In this document: piece after piece, positions 36,502 to 50,029 of the stretch
Layout of the letters: every line of letters starts with the position of its first letter
Position numbering within the stretch: position 1 is the first letter of the stretch
Program-made: the position numbers and the translations under genes
Origin: Mobula hypostoma
Taxonomy: Eukaryota
NCBI RefSeq assembly: GCF_963921235.1
Contig: NC_086107.1
Location: 102,798,001-102,862,000 of the forward strand
DNA length: 64,000 nucleotides
Reading direction: 5' to 3'
The notes under the pieces: model-generated
What the model was told of the DNA's origin: nothing
Database searches by the model: none
What the model saw: only the letters and a program-made list of their open reading frames with translations

Positions 36502-37109
36502 TTGACTCTTTTCCATAGCTGCTGCCTGACCTGCTAAGTTCCTCCACCGTTTTGTGGGTGTTGCTCTGGATTTCCAGCATCTGCAGAATCTCTTGTGTTT
36601 AGACCATAAGATATAGGAGCAGAAGTGGGCCATTCGGCCCATCGAGTCTGCTGCACCATTCAATCGTGGGCTGATCCAATTCTTCCAGTCATCCCCACTC
36701 CCCTGCTTTCACCCCATACCCTTTGATGCCCTGGCTAATCAAGAACCTATTTATCTCTGCCTTAAATACTCCCAACGACTTGGCCTCCACAGCCACTCGT
36801 GGCAAAAAATTCCAATAATAATGACTAATAAATAAGTAAATAGATAATACTAAGAACAGGAGTTGCAGAGTCCTTGAAAATAAGTCTACAGGTGGTGGAA
36901 TCAGTTCAGTGTTGAGGTGAGTGAGGAGCCTGATGGTTGAGGGGGTAATAACTGTACATGAACCTGGTGGTGTGAGCCCTGAGGCTCCTGTACCTCCTTC
37001 CTGAAGGCAGCAGTGAGAAGGGACCGTGGCCTGGGTGGTAGCGGCCCCTGATGATGGGTGCTGCTTTCTTAGTGCTCCTTGTAGGTGTGCTCAGTGGTGG
37101 GGAACATTA

Positions 37110-37735
37110 ACCCGATGCAGATTGGGGGACCGCTTCGTCGAGCACCTCCGCTCCGACCGCCACAACAGACAGGATCTCCCAGTAGCCACCCACTTCAACT
37201 CTGCTTCCCACTCCCATTCGGATATGTCCATACGTGGCCTCCTCTACTGCCATGATGAGGCTAAACTCGGGTTGGAGGAGCAACACCTCATATACCGTCT
37301 GGGTAGTCTCCAGCCCCTTGGTACGAACATAGAATTCTCCAACTTCTGGTAATTCCCTCCCCCTCCCTTCCCCTATCACTATTTCACTCTGCCCCCTCCC
37401 CCAGCTGCCTACCACCTCCCTCATGGTTCCGCCTCCTTCTACTACCCATTGTGTTTTCCCCTATTCCTTCTTCACCTTTCCTGCCCATCCCCTCCCCCAC
37501 CCCCTTTATCTTTCCCCTTACTGGTTTTTCACCTGGAACCTACCAGCCTTCTCCTTCCCACCCTCCCCCCACCTTCTTTATAGGGTCTCTGCCCCTTCCG
37601 TCTTCAGTCCTGACGAAGGGTTCCGGCCGGAAACGTTGACCGATCGTTTCCACAGATGCTGCCCGACCTGCTGAGTTCCTCCAGCGTGTTGTGAGTGCTG
37701 CTTTGACCCCAGCACCTGCAGATTGTCTTGTGTTC
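37110..37735 (+). mobile_element. Penelope-like 3' fragment (same subfamily as 22860-23396)
   Basis: Encodes RLGDRFVEHLRS..HFNSASHSHSDMS..LEEQHLIYRLGSLQP; the tail closely matches 22860-23396. Confidence 0.88.
37605..37642 (+). ncRNA. Minimal type I hammerhead ribozyme motif (stems partly mismatched)
   Basis: cagtcCTGACGAagggttccggccgGAAACGTTgaccg. Confidence 0.55.
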
Positions 37736-38506
37736 GGGAAAAGCTGGCTGTCCTTCGGTTCAGTAGATGGCCTGGAGCAGCTGCATACGTTGCCTTGCTT
37801 TAGGGCTGCACGGGGCTGGGCTTTTATCCTGCTTCTCTGATGATTCAGCCAGGTGTCTGACACACTCAGAGACCTGTGGCTAGTTGCCATGGTTATCAGA
37901 TCCCCATCCAAGTCGCCGTCAGATCCTCCACGTTTCCATCTGGCCGATTTTTAAAAAAAATCCATTTCAAAGCCAGCACCTTGATTTTTAAAATTACCCC
38001 TAGACACGGGAGATTCTGCAGATGCTGGAAATCTTAGAGCAACACACACACAGATTGCTGGAGAAAATGCATCAGGTCAGGTAACACCTATGGAGGGAAA
38101 TAAAACAGTCGACATTTCAGACAGAGACTCTTCATCCTTTTGTGTGTGCTGTTTAAAATGACTACCCTCCTCTCCCCGTAACCATTTCCAGGGCTGCTGA
38201 AAGTCAGTCAGGTTGGCGACAGTCCTCCGCGTCCGGCCTTATTGTTTGATATTCCTTGTTCCACTGGACCTCTCAGGTTCATGAACTCCAATCTCTAACC
38301 TCTCTCCCTTTAGGGCCATAGAGCAGCACAGCACAGAATGGGGCCCTTCGGCCCATCTAGTCTGTGCAAGGCTGTTATCCTGCTTAGTCCCACTGATCTG
38401 CTCCAGGACCATAGCCCTCTACACCTGCCCATCCGTGTACTTATCAAAATTTCTCTTGAATGTTGCAATCAAACTACTCCCCTGAGGGTGCGGGAGACAA
38501 TGGTGT

Positions 38507-38750
38507 GGGCACGGTAGCATAGTGGTTAGCACAACGCCAGTGACCCGGGTTCAATTCCCACCACTGCCCGTAAGGAGTCTGTACATGGGTTTCCTCCGGG
38601 TGCTCTGGTTTCCTCCCACAGTCCAAAGACCTACCGTTTGGTAGGTTGATTGATCATTGCGAGTTGTCCTGTGATTAGGCCTAGGGTTAAAACTGGGGGC
38701 TCGAGGGGCAGGAATGGGCCTGTTCCATATCACAGTGAACGAATAAATGA
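38507..38750 (+). mobile_element. HE1/V-SINE-type tRNA-derived SINE (further copies at ~5205-5485 -, 6830-6995 -, 11090-11305, 35100-35410, 49635-49940, 55390-55570, 61230-61380)
   Basis: A/B-box head (gtagcatagtggttag..gggttcaattcc) and V-domain-like gggtttcctccgggtgctctggtttcctcccacagtccaaagac. Confidence 0.8.
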
Positions 38751-38789
38751 TGGGAATGTGGGGAGATTTAAAGATGGGATTAAAATGGG

Positions 38790-39448
38790 AGGAGGAGGAG
38801 ATGATGGCAGCGTGCGCGGCCTCTCCGGTGAATGATATCTGTAATCTGTCAAGTAGGGGACCGTGCACAACTCTGATTTGATGGAGACGGACGTGATAGC
38901 ACGGAGAAACATCTAGAAAACTTCTGAAATGCCCGCTTTGCTGCCGCTGCTACTGTGTGGTAACCGGAATCTCCGGAGCTGAAGGCCCCGAATCCTCGGC
39001 TTTGCTTGTTTCAGCAGCCGGAGCTAGGTCGAAGGCGCTTGGCAGAGGATGGCGTTCGGGAGGCTGTATCGGAGCAGCTGGTCGGAAGCTCGAAGTTTGA
39101 CGGATGGACTCAGTGTCGGCTGTGGTCGGCTGCTTCCAAGGCAGCGGCAGGTTGACGGTGCCTGGAGGTTTATGGCAGGGAGTTTCTCCCTTTTGCTGCC
39201 TGCTATCGGGGACTCGGGAGTCGATCGACTCGGGGACTTTGAGACTTTTTTACCGTGCCCATGGTTTGTTCTTAATCAAATTATGGTATTGCTTTGCACT
39301 GCTGTATCTATATGTTATAATTATGTGGTTCTGTCAGTGTTAGTCTTTGGTCTGTCCTGTTTTCTGTGATATCACTCCGGAGAAACATTGTATCATTTCT
39401 TAATGCATCTAAATGACAATAAAAGAGGACTGAGTGTTCTCATAATCC
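38790..39448 (+). mobile_element. ~650-bp non-coding retroposon family (other copies 481-2088 interrupted, ~35408-35935 -, 5' piece at ~58149)
   Basis: Copies align from aggag(a)agatgg..ggcctctccggtgaatgatat to aaatgacaataaa..gttctcataatc(taatc)n. No coding capacity recognised. Confidence 0.75.
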
Positions 39449-40258
39449 AAAAAATAGGATTAGTCTAAATGGGTGGATGATAGCCAGTATGAACACAATG
39501 GGCTGAAGGGCCCAAATCCCTTGATGATGAGTTAATTTCCCATTCTGTTTGAGTACATCTCCCTCTTAGGTAAACACTTAGATCCACACAGTACCAGTGA
39601 TCTGGGTTCAATTCCCACCACTGCCCGTAAGGAGCTTGTATGTCCTCTTCGTGACCGCGTGAGTTCCCAACTGTCTGAGCTCTCCGTCCCAGCGTCTGCT
39701 ACTGTCCAACCCCAGTCTTGTCTCTGGCCATCTGGAGACCCCTGTCCTCTTCTTTCCATAAAGAGATAATCCACAGGAAAACACAGGGTTCCTGGAGTCA
39801 AACACAATGAAACAGGCTCTCCAGCCGAGACTCACTCCCAGCTACACTAACCCACTCTAATTCCAACTTTAATTTCCCCACATCCCCACCAACTAGCACC
39901 CCCCCCCAACTAGGGGTAACTTAAAATGACCAATTAACCTACCAACCCACACGTGTTTGTGATGTGGGAGGGAAGTGGAGGGCCCAGAGGGAACCGAGGA
40001 GGGTCTTCTTTGGCTGGAGGGCAGTGAGTTTGTGGAATTCATCGCCGCAGGTGGCTGTGGGGGCCACGTCGATGGATAACATTTAAAGCAGAGGTCAAGA
40101 GGCTCCTGATTAGTCAAAGGTTACGGGGAGAAGGCAGGGGAATGGGGTTGGGGGACAATAATAAATCAGCCACGACGGAATGGCAAAGTAGTCTCGATGG
40201 GCTGAATGACCTAATTCTGCTCTTATGCCTCATGGTCTTGGGGAAGCCCACGTGGTCA

Positions 40259-40681
40259 TGGTGCAGTGTGATCAAAGTCACCAGAGAGATGGAGCTGGTA
40301 GTTATGAAGTAGTCTTTTATTTGACAGAAGGAGACACAGCAGGCATCATATCGAGACCCCTTCAGGGGAAGAGGCCTTTTCGACCCAATACTACATGACA
40401 TATTATATGCTAAAGGTCGAAGGACAATTCTTGATTTACAATGTATCTACAATGCTTCCTTTGAATTACATACAACTTTCACACCTCCTTCTTTGCACCC
40501 GCACTCCAGACACCCAAAATAAATATTAATCAGCATTGTTTGGTTTTTCAATTAACAGCTCTCGGAACCCATTGTCCAGAGCTGCATTTAAATTTAATCT
40601 ACAGTCCATAATCAGGTCTAAAGATTGGCGGCAGAAGCTAATATTTTGTTATACACCCCAAGTCCAGAATATGATCCCACA
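40259..40681 (-). mobile_element. Solo LTR inserted in a V-SINE
   Basis: TG...CA ends; 4-bp TSD GTCA at 40255-40258 and 40682-40685; AATAAA on the - strand near 40316-40321. Confidence 0.6.
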
Positions 40682-41594
40682 GTCACAGGAGGAACGTGCA
40701 AACTCCACGCAGTGATCAGGATCGAACCCTGGCCACCAGAGCCATGAGGATTTACATTTATGATTCGTAAAAGGGTAGTCGATTTCTTTCCTTTCATCTT
40801 CCCCCTCTATCTCTGTCCACCTTGTTCATCGGTTTGAAAGCGTCTTGTTATTGACTCTGCGACAGTTTTACATCAGCCAGGAAAATGACGACTGTCCCCT
40901 TGGTACTCTGATCGGCCCTCGACACAAACATGGGCAATATTCGCCGGCTTGCACAAGCTCCTGCTGACTTTCAGCACCGGGCCTGATCTGCTCAACCAGT
41001 ATCTTGAGTCAATTAAGATAATGCAGGAGCTGGAAGATTAAATTGCTCTGGGACTCCTGTCTCTCAGAAGCAGAAGGTTGATTTGCGACAGGCTCTCTCC
41101 CCTCTGTCTCATTCGCCCCTCCCCCACTCTACCCCTCCCTCACTCCCCACCCCCCCCACACACACCCCACCCACAGCAGGTGTGTTACTGGTAATGGTTT
41201 GTGTGGAGTAACTCTTCCCCAAACATTTCTCACCCCTTAAAAGATGGTTTCAGCTGCCTGACTGCTTCCAGTGTTGCAACGCTGCTCAGGGACAGTAAGT
41301 TCTGGAAAGGGGGTTGTTGGAACGAATCTCGCTGCGAGATGCCTGCTGGCTCTGTAGGCTGTTTCATGAATAGAACACCTTTACTGATAGTTTAAATATG
41401 AGAGAGAGAGAGGGAGAGAGAGAAAAAGGGAGTTCTTGTGATACTCTCAGTGTCTGATTCGCTCCATTCCTCTCACACTCTCACTCCCTACCTCCTCCCT
41501 GGCTCTCACTCTCAGACCATCACTCGGTCTCATTTGCTATAACAGGCAGCCTCAAACCACCCCCCCCCCCGGTTTATTTATGTTCTGCTGTTGC

Positions 41595-42030
41595 ATCTCT
41601 CTCTCTCCCTCGTCTCCCCCCTCTCTGTCTCGTTCCCTCCCTCCTCCCTCTCTCCTTCTCTTGCCCCTCCTACTCTCTCTCTCCCTCTCACCCCATCTCT
41701 TTCTTTCTCTCTTTCACTCTTCCTCTTTCCCTCTCTCACTCTCTCCCCTATCTCTTTCTCTCTTTCATTCTCTTTTTCTCTGTCTGTCCCTCTCCCTCTC
41801 TCACTTTTTCCCTCTCTTTCTTTGTCTCTCTCCCTCCCTCTCTCCCTCCTTCTCTCTGTCCCTCTCCCCTCTCTTTCTCCCCTCTCTCTTCCTCCCTCCC
41901 TTCCTCCCTCTCTCTGTCTCATACACACGCTGACTGCTGTTCTCTCCCACTGTCTCACTCTTCACCATTTCCCTCTCTGCCCTCTGCCCTCTCTACCGCC
42001 TCCCCTTCTCTCCCTCCCTCTCAACCCTTT
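41595..42030. repeat. CT/GA low-complexity tract (others at ~22010-22210, 27090-27190, 31245-31465, 47150-47780, 48850-49360, 59850-60530)
   Basis: Near-pure pyrimidine or purine strands. These account for the S/L/P-rich and E/R/G-rich ORFs in the track. Confidence 0.9.
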
Positions 42031-43120
42031 TTCACGTCACGTTAGACCTCGGCTCAGTGGTTCCCTGGCATCCTGGCTGATTTTGCTTCACAGCATCAAC
42101 ATCTGAAGCAGAGGGTCTGGTGTCAGTGTGTGTACCTCACTCTGCCCCTGTCAGTGCCCGATCACTCCCCCACCCCCCCTCACACACACACACACACACA
42201 CACACACCCACTCCATCGCCAGCCTTGGTTTCTTTCGAGGACTGCGCAATGATGCAGCTAGGAGAGCCGCCCCCTCACACCTCTCATCACCCGGGTTCGA
42301 TCCTGGACTTCGCTTCTGTCCATGTGGAGCCTGCAGCTTCCCCCCGGATTCCCTCCGAATGATCCATTTCTTTGTTTAGGGATACAGCACAGGAATGGGC
42401 CCTTCCAGCCCAACCAACCACACTGCTCAATTACACCCATGTGACCAATTAACTTACTTTGGGCACGTGGGAGGAAACCAGGGCACCGGGGAGGAGATCT
42501 ACATAGTTACGGGGAGAAGGTAGAAACTCCTTAGGGACGGCGGCTGCATTGAACGCAGGTCATTGGCGCAGTAACATCGTTACACAAACCACTACATGAC
42601 CAAGTCACCCCCCTGTAATTGGGGAGTTTTCTCCCCGTGTCCCATAGGTTTAGAATTTAGAATTTATTTAAATCCCACAACATGTGGGAGTAAAAATCTT
42701 TGCGTTATGACTCCATTACGTTGTACAGACAGGTGAATTTAAAAGTCTAATGGCTTGTGGAAAGAAGCTGTCCCATAGCCTGTTGGTCCTGGCTTTAATG
42801 CTGTGGTCCCGTTTGCCAGACGGAAGCAGCCAAAACAATTTATGGTGGGGGTGGCTGGTGTCCCTGATGGTCTTCCAGGCCTTCTTCACACACCTGATGC
42901 TGTAAATGGAGGGAAGTTCACGTCCACAGGTGCACTGGGCTGTCCGCGCCACTCTCTGCAGTGCCCAGCGATCAAGGTTGGCGCAGTTCCCGGCGATACA
43001 GCCAGTCAGGATGCTCTCAATGGTGCCCCTGCAGAAGATCTGAGGATCTGGGGGCCGAATGCCAAACTTCTTCAGTCGCCTGAGGTGATGTAGGTGTTAT
43101 AGGTGTTAGTACGTTAAATG

Positions 43121-44039
43121 CAGACATCCCACCCTGCAAAAACTCATTTCAGGGAGGTAGCACCACCACCCCCGCCCCCCCCCCGCAACCCCATATTCCC
43201 CCCCCCGGTCAGCCTCCAAGGGTGTATGTATACAGGACATTTGATTATGAAAGAACACAACAAATTATTAGATCACATATTGAAACTATTCACACACACA
43301 CACACACATATATATATTCCTCGTTGAGTATGTTGGTAACAGTCTCTAGGTTAATAGCTAAATGCTAATGCAAATAGCTTTTCTATTTCTTTTGCAAACT
43401 TTCCTTGTACTGTGATGTGGCTTGCTTGGCAGATTTGAGCACTTTGCCAGAAGTCTCAACCTCATAGCAGTCTGTGTCAATGAATTTGTTAATTTTGCAA
43501 GACATCAGATTCACAAGATTCATGATTATATTATATTATATTATCATGTTTATTCTATTACAACTTTAAGCAAGTCTACAGGGAGTTTGGCCTCATCACG
43601 TCGGACGTCAACAGAGTAGCTCCTTAGCAGCTAGCCAGCTAGTTTAAATAATGTTAGCTATGCTAATGAATGAATGACACCTGTTAAACTCACCTCAACA
43701 TGTCCTCTACAGTCATTTAACCCACCATGGGCAATAGAAGAGTTACTGTTGCAAACAGTGCAGCGAGCAACACTGTCATTATTTTTGACCCCTATTAGGC
43801 AGGGGTACACTTTAGTGTAGTCTGGGGTGATGTACGTTATATATTTTCTTTTTTTGGAACACTCTGCCATGGCACTGAGGGACACTAAACTGAACTGGTG
43901 GACAATGAAAGAGAGAGAGAGAGGTCGACTGTAAAGCCTGCCCACAGAGAAAACTGATAGATCTACCTAGCACAAAGAGAGACCAATGAGGATGCTCTCT
44001 CTGTCACTCTCTCACTACGTCTATCACTCGCTCTCTCTG

Positions 44040-44071
<32 letters not shown>

Positions 44072-44196
44072 CCTCTCGCTCACTTGCTCCCAAAAAACTC
44101 GATTTCCGGGATATTGTATATAATTTGCTGGTGTCAGGGAGCCGCTATCAATATGCAGGGAGACTCCCAGAACTTCCGGGAGAGGTGGGATGTCTG
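43121..44196 (-). mobile_element. Non-autonomous hAT-like element retaining a transposase zinc-finger exon
   Basis: 13-bp TIR CAGACATCCCACC / GGTGGGATGTCTG with flanking repeat TAAATG. The - strand at 43870-43694 encodes MAECSKKRKY..VARCTVCNSNSSIAHGGLNDCRGHVE followed by gtgagt. Confidence 0.8.
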
Positions 44197-46037
44197 TAAA
44201 TGGCTGCTGTAAATTACCCCTAGTGCATCGATCATTGGTGGAATCTCGAGGGAATTGACAGGAATGTGGGAAAAATATGGTGGGATTCATATAAACATTC
44301 CAGGAGAAGGGAGCAGGAGTAGGCCTCACAGCCTGCCTGCCATCTATATGATCTATCCTGGTGCTGAACAGTTCAGTGAGGGAACTGCTCGGCATGCGAC
44401 CGCAAGAAACTGGAGAGAGCTGTGGAAATCACAGAGCACGTCGAAGAAAGCAGCCTCCGCTCCACGAATTCTATTTATACTTCTCGCCGCTTCGGTAAAG
44501 CAGCCACAGCCGACATACTCTCCTCTCCCCCCACCCCTTCCGGCAGACGATATGTAAACACATACCACCAGGCTCAAGAACAGCTTCTATCCCACTCTCA
44601 TCAGACTTAAATGGCTCCCTCATACGACAAGTTGGACTCTTGACCTCACAGTCTCCCTCGCTATGATCTTGCAATGTACCGTTTACCTGTGCCGCACTCT
44701 CTCTGGAGCTGTGATACTTTATTCTGCGTTGTTATTGTTTTACTTTGTGTTCTACCTCAGTGCACTGTGTAATGGTCTGACCTGTACGAACAGTAAGCCA
44801 GACGAGCTTTTCACGCTGTGTCTCGGTACGTGTGACAAGGATAAACCAACATCTGGGGGTCAGATGTGGAGAGGACCAGCAAGGTTAGATCCCTCAGAGT
44901 TTTCAGTGAGAGTGTATTGACTGGCTGCATCACATCCTGGTATGGAAACACCAACGGAAAACCCTGCAAAAAGTACTGGATACGGGCCCAGTCCGTCACG
45001 GGTAACGCCCTCCCCACCATCGAGCACATCTACACAGAACGCTGCCTCAGGAAAGCAGCGTCCAACATCAGGGACTCCCATCACCCAGGTCACTGCTATC
45101 ACCAGGAAGGAGGTACAGGAGCCTCAGATCCCACACCACCAGGTTCAGGAGCAGTTATTACCCCCCAACCATCAGGCTCCTGAACTGGAGGGGATAACTT
45201 CACTCACCCCATCACTGAAATGTTCCCACAACCTACGGACTCATTTTCAAGGATCCTTCATGTCACATTCTTGATACTTGTTGCTTCTTTATTAATTATT
45301 ATTATTTACTTATCGTCTTCTACACACTGGTTGTCCGCCCTGCCGGGTTTGGTCTTTCATTGTTTCTATTATGGTTCTTGAATCTACTGTGATTGCCCGC
45401 AGAAAAACGAGCCTTAGGGTCGTATATGGTGACATATACTGTATGTACTTTGAAAATAAACTTACTTTGAACTTTGAACTAATCCTCCAGCATCCTTGGG
45501 GGCAGCGAATTCCAGAGATTCATACCCTTGGAGAGAAGAAATTCCTTTGCGCTGTGGTTTTTAATGAGCGGCCTCTTACTTCTGTAGCCCCTGTTCGTGA
45601 CTCCCCACTGGAGGGGAATGGATAACAGATGAATGGTGGACATCACAGCCTCAGTGGGCTGAAGGGCCAGTTTCTGCACTGTGTGATCCGTTGGACAGGG
45701 TTAAAACGAGCCTGTGGAATGCTAACACATGAGAAACCAATTACTAATCCTGGCCATGAAGATCAAGATTTTCTGTGTCAGAGATTCCTGGCCTGGGAAC
45801 AGATTTACAGGAGCTGGCCTTCAACACTGAAGACATTAACGCTCTGTGATGGGGCCTAATCACAGCCTCCGCTCCAGTCTGACCTACTTACACCATAAAC
45901 TGCTGGCTTCAGCCTCCTAGCTTCCCTCTTGCTTGGTCCTGGAACAGGAGAGACCACTCTGCCCATTGATGTATTCCTGTAACAAGAGAGACCGCTCTGC
46001 CCATCAAGATCACTCTTTTGGCCTGTAACCCTTAATG

Positions 46038-46697
46038 CAGACATCCCACCCTGCAAAAACTCATTTCAGGGAGGTAGCACCATCAATTTGCGGGAGACTC
46101 CCGGGAGAGGTGGGATGTTTGCAATCGAGTAGCTCCTTAGCAGCTAGCCAGCTAGTTTAAATGACGTTAGCTATGCTAATGAATGAATGACACCTGTTAA
46201 ACTCACCTCAACATGTCTTTTACAGTCATTTGGACAATAGAAAAGTCACTGTTGCAAACAGCGCAGCGAGCAACACCGTCATTATTTTTGACCCCTATTA
46301 GGCAGGGGTACACTTTAGGGTAGTCTGGGGTGACGTACATTTTATGTTTTCTTTTTTTGGAACACTGCCATTCTGACTTTTTTTGGAACTCTCTCGCTCT
46401 CTAGCGCTTGCTTTCTCGCTCTTGCTCACGCTCTCTCTCTCGCACGTGTGCTCTCACGCTCTCTCTCGTGGTCGCTCTCACTCCTGCTTGCTTTCTTGCT
46501 CTTGCTCTCGCGTGTGCGTGCTCTCTCTCTCTCGTGGTTACTCTCTCGCGCTTGCTTTCTTGCTCTTGTGCGCGCTCTCTCACACTCGCTCTCAAAAAAA
46601 TCGATTTCCGGGACATTGTATATAATTTGCGGGCCTCAGGGAGCCACTATTAATATGCGGGAGACTCCCGGAACTTCTGGGAGAGGTGGGATGTCTG
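46038..46697 (-). mobile_element. Second, shorter copy of the same hAT-like family
   Basis: Same TIRs; flanking repeat CTTAATG at 46031-46037 and 46698-46704; shares internal sequence with 43121-44196. Confidence 0.8.
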
Positions 46698-48118
46698 CTT
46701 AATGTTGCAACCTAATATTGGTCAGTTTTCAGTTGACATCCAGTTTTTCTTTGGGAGTTTAACCTTATTTATACAGTAGAGTTTGCCATGGAAATTAAAG
46801 GCAAATGGGGAGGCCATTCAGCCCATTGCATCTATACTGGCTGTACATGAGGTTGTTATATATTTTCTGGCAACAACCGGTGCTGTTCACTCTCGGCTCC
46901 TTGCACACTCTTTCAGGAGCTGCAGGCTTTCACCCCCTGTCCTCAGGACCAGAATTGCTCATTTTGCTCCTGTCTGCATGTGAGCTCCCCAGGGCAGCCG
47001 CAGGGGGTGGGGGGAGTGAGGGAGGGGTGCCCCATGTTGTTGAGTGGCTCATGACCCAATGCATCCAGGCACTGCCCCACACACTCGGCTGATTAGTCAC
47101 TGCAATTAGATGATGACCTTTCACCTTCCTTTTTGTTCAGCATCTGCACATCTCCCTCTATCCCTCTCTTTCTCATTCTCTCCATCTCTCTCTCCCCTCC
47201 GTCTCTCCCTCTGTCTGTCTCCTTCTCATTCCCTCCCCCCCCATGTCTCCCCGTCCCTCCCTCTCCCTCTTTCCTTCTGTCTGCCGCTCTCTCCCAATCG
47301 CTTCCTCCCTCTGTGTGTCTTTCTCACACCCTGTCTCCCCCTGCACCTCCCTCCCTCCCTCTATTTCCCTCTCACTGTCAGTCTCTCCCTCTCCACCCTC
47401 TCTCTCACCCTCTCCCGTTCCTCTCCTCTTTGCCCCTCCTTCCATCACATTCTCTTCTTTGTTCTCTGTCTCTCTCTCCCTCCACTCCATTGTACCCTCT
47501 TGCTGTTTCTCACTCACTCTGCTCTCTCTACCTCCCTCTCTATCTCTCCCTCCCTCTGTATGTCCTCTCCCTCTTCCCCATTCTCTCTCTCCCTCACTGT
47601 TTCACTCTCTCTCTCTAATACTCACTCTCTCTCCCATTCCCTCACTCCCTCCCTGCATCTCACTCTTTCTCACTCTCACTCTCTCTGCCATTCCTCCCTC
47701 TCCCCCAATTCCCTCTCTCCCTCCCTGCATATCTCTCTCTCTCTCTCTCCCTCCCCCCGTCCCTCCCTCCTTCGCCTCTCACTGGATCTGCGACACCCCA
47801 GGCTCCCACAACGGGTCCTGGAGCTGACAGGGTGACAGCTGTTTCCCAGCAGGTGAGGGGTGGTGCGATCCAGATCGTGAGGGGTGCCGCCTCACCTCAA
47901 ACCGATCAACAACACGTTATACAGCAGCTTTAACACCGTAAAACCTCCCGAGTCACTTCAGGGAGATGTCAGATACACAACGTCAAATCATAATGGGACA
48001 CAAGAACAGTTTGCAGGGGATGGGGTGTAAGGGGGGGAACAGCAGGGGTTCAGGAGTTAATATTTTGGGAAAGTGAAAGATCCAGTACTAAAGGATGGAG
48101 AAGAGCAACACTGGACAA

Positions 48119-48580
48119 GAGCAGAATTAGAGTAAAGCGGAATTAGAGGGGAGCAGAATTAAGGAGAGCAGAATTAGAGGAGTGTAGAATTAGAGGAGAG
48201 CAGAATTAGAGGAGTGTAGAATTAGAGTAGAGCAGAATTAGAGGGGAGCATAATTAGAGGAGAGCAGAATTAGAGTAAAGCAGAGAGGAGTGTAGAATTA
48301 GAGTAGAGTGGAATTAGAAGGGAGCAGAATTAGAGGAGTGTACAATTAGAGAAAAGCAGACTAGAGAAGAGCAGAATTAGAGGAGTGCAGAATTAGAGGA
48401 GTGTAGAATTAGAGGAGAGCAGAATTAGAGGGGAGCAGAATTAGAGGAGTGCAGAATTAGAGGAGAGCAGAATTAGAGGAGTGTAGAATTAGAGGAGAGC
48501 AGAATTAGTGTAGAATTAGAGGAAAGCAGAATTAGAGGAGGGCAGAATTAGAGGAGTGTAGAATTAGAGTAGAGCAGAAC
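48119..48580. repeat. 16-bp minisatellite, about 28-29 copies
   Basis: Units agaattagaggagagc and agaattagaggagtgt. Confidence 0.92.
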
Positions 48581-50029
48581 TGGAGCAGGGTGGTCTTAGA
48601 GGGGCAAAACTAACTGGTCAAGGTGACCCTTCTAACTTGTGCTGGTGAGCACAAAATAAGAACATCGTAAATGTCAGCTCCTTGAATGTGTTCTGCCCCC
48701 ACCCCCCGTGGGGCTGTGACTGATTTACCACCTCAGGGCTACTTTCAATTGTGTAATCTACACACAGACACCAGCTCCCGCGGTCTGGATGGAATTGTGG
48801 GCGACGGTCACTAACCTTCTCACACAACGTGAAGACCAGCTGGTCGAGGGAGATGGAGGCAAAGGAACCCAGAGAGAAACAAGGAATCACGGAGGGGGAG
48901 GGGGGAGACAGAGAGAACAAAGAAGGGTGGAAAGTGTGGTGTGAGGAGGAGGTGAGAAGAAGAGGAACAGGGGAGAGTGAGGGGAGGGAAGGGGGAGACG
49001 GGATGCGAGAGAGAAAGGCAGAGGGAGGAAGCGACTGGGAGACAGAGACAGGCAGAGGGAAGGAGGGAGAGAGAGGGACAGAGGAAGGGAGAGTGAGGGG
49101 AGGGGAAGAGCCAGACAGTGGGAGGGAAGTGGAGAAAGAAAGAGAAGAGGAGACAGGATGTGTGAGAGAAAGGCAAAGGGAGGAAGCAATTGGGAGAGAG
49201 TGACAGGCAGAGAGAGAGAGAGAGAGATGTATGGGGAGAGACAGAGAGAGGGGATGGGGTAATAGGAGATGGACAGAGGGAGAGATGGAGGGAGAGAGAA
49301 GGACAGAGAATAGCAATGACAGAGGATGGAGAGGGAAAGAGTGAAGAGTAGAGGGAAAGCAAAATGTGCAGACACTGAACAAAAAAGGGCGGTGAAAGGT
49401 CATCCTCCCAGGTGCGGCCTTGTTTTGTGTAATCTTCAGACAGGGCACGCTGCCAAGGCTCAGCCCTCTGCACTCTGAGTGGTGGTGTAGGATTAGAGGG
49501 AGATGCTCTGAGCATCTGTGATTAAAGACAGTAAGTGCCCATTAGGAAGTCTGGGTGTCTCAGCTCCTGAGGTGAAAGAGTGCTTGCACTTTTGCCCAGA
49601 GTCAGTTCCACGTTAACTGAGGGGGTGGGGGTGTTGCAATGGCACAGCTGGGAGAGCCACTGCCTCGTAGCACCGAAGACCCAAGTTCAATCCCAGCCTC
49701 GGTTGCTGTCTGTGTGGAGTACGCATGTTCTCCCTGTGTGAGCGCGTGGGTTTCTCTAGGGTGGTCTCACATCCAAAATCATGGGAGGTTAACCGGTGAC
49801 TGTAAATTTCCCCTAGAGTGAAGGTGAGGGGTGGGATCTTGGGGGGAGAGGATGGGAATGTGGGGAGAGCAAAATGAGATTGGTGTAAATGGTCAGCATG
49901 GATTCAGTGGGCCGAATGGCCTGTTTCCATGTTGTAGAACTCCAGTCATTCCTCATTCCCAGCACCAGCTCTACCAGACTGTTGGCGACGTGTGGTATTC
50001 ACCTAATTTAAATGGAGAACACCCATTCA

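Noticed and set aside
42048..42115. Possible exon after a long polypyrimidine tract (TSAQWFPGILADFASQHQHLKQR)
   Set aside because: Weak donor, no recognisable homology and no partner exons; cannot be supported without RNA data.
47110..49515. Long S/L/P-rich and E/R/G-rich ORFs (also near 31150-31700, 41580-42100, 59800-60420)
   Set aside because: By-products of CT/GA low-complexity tracts that are depleted of stop codons.
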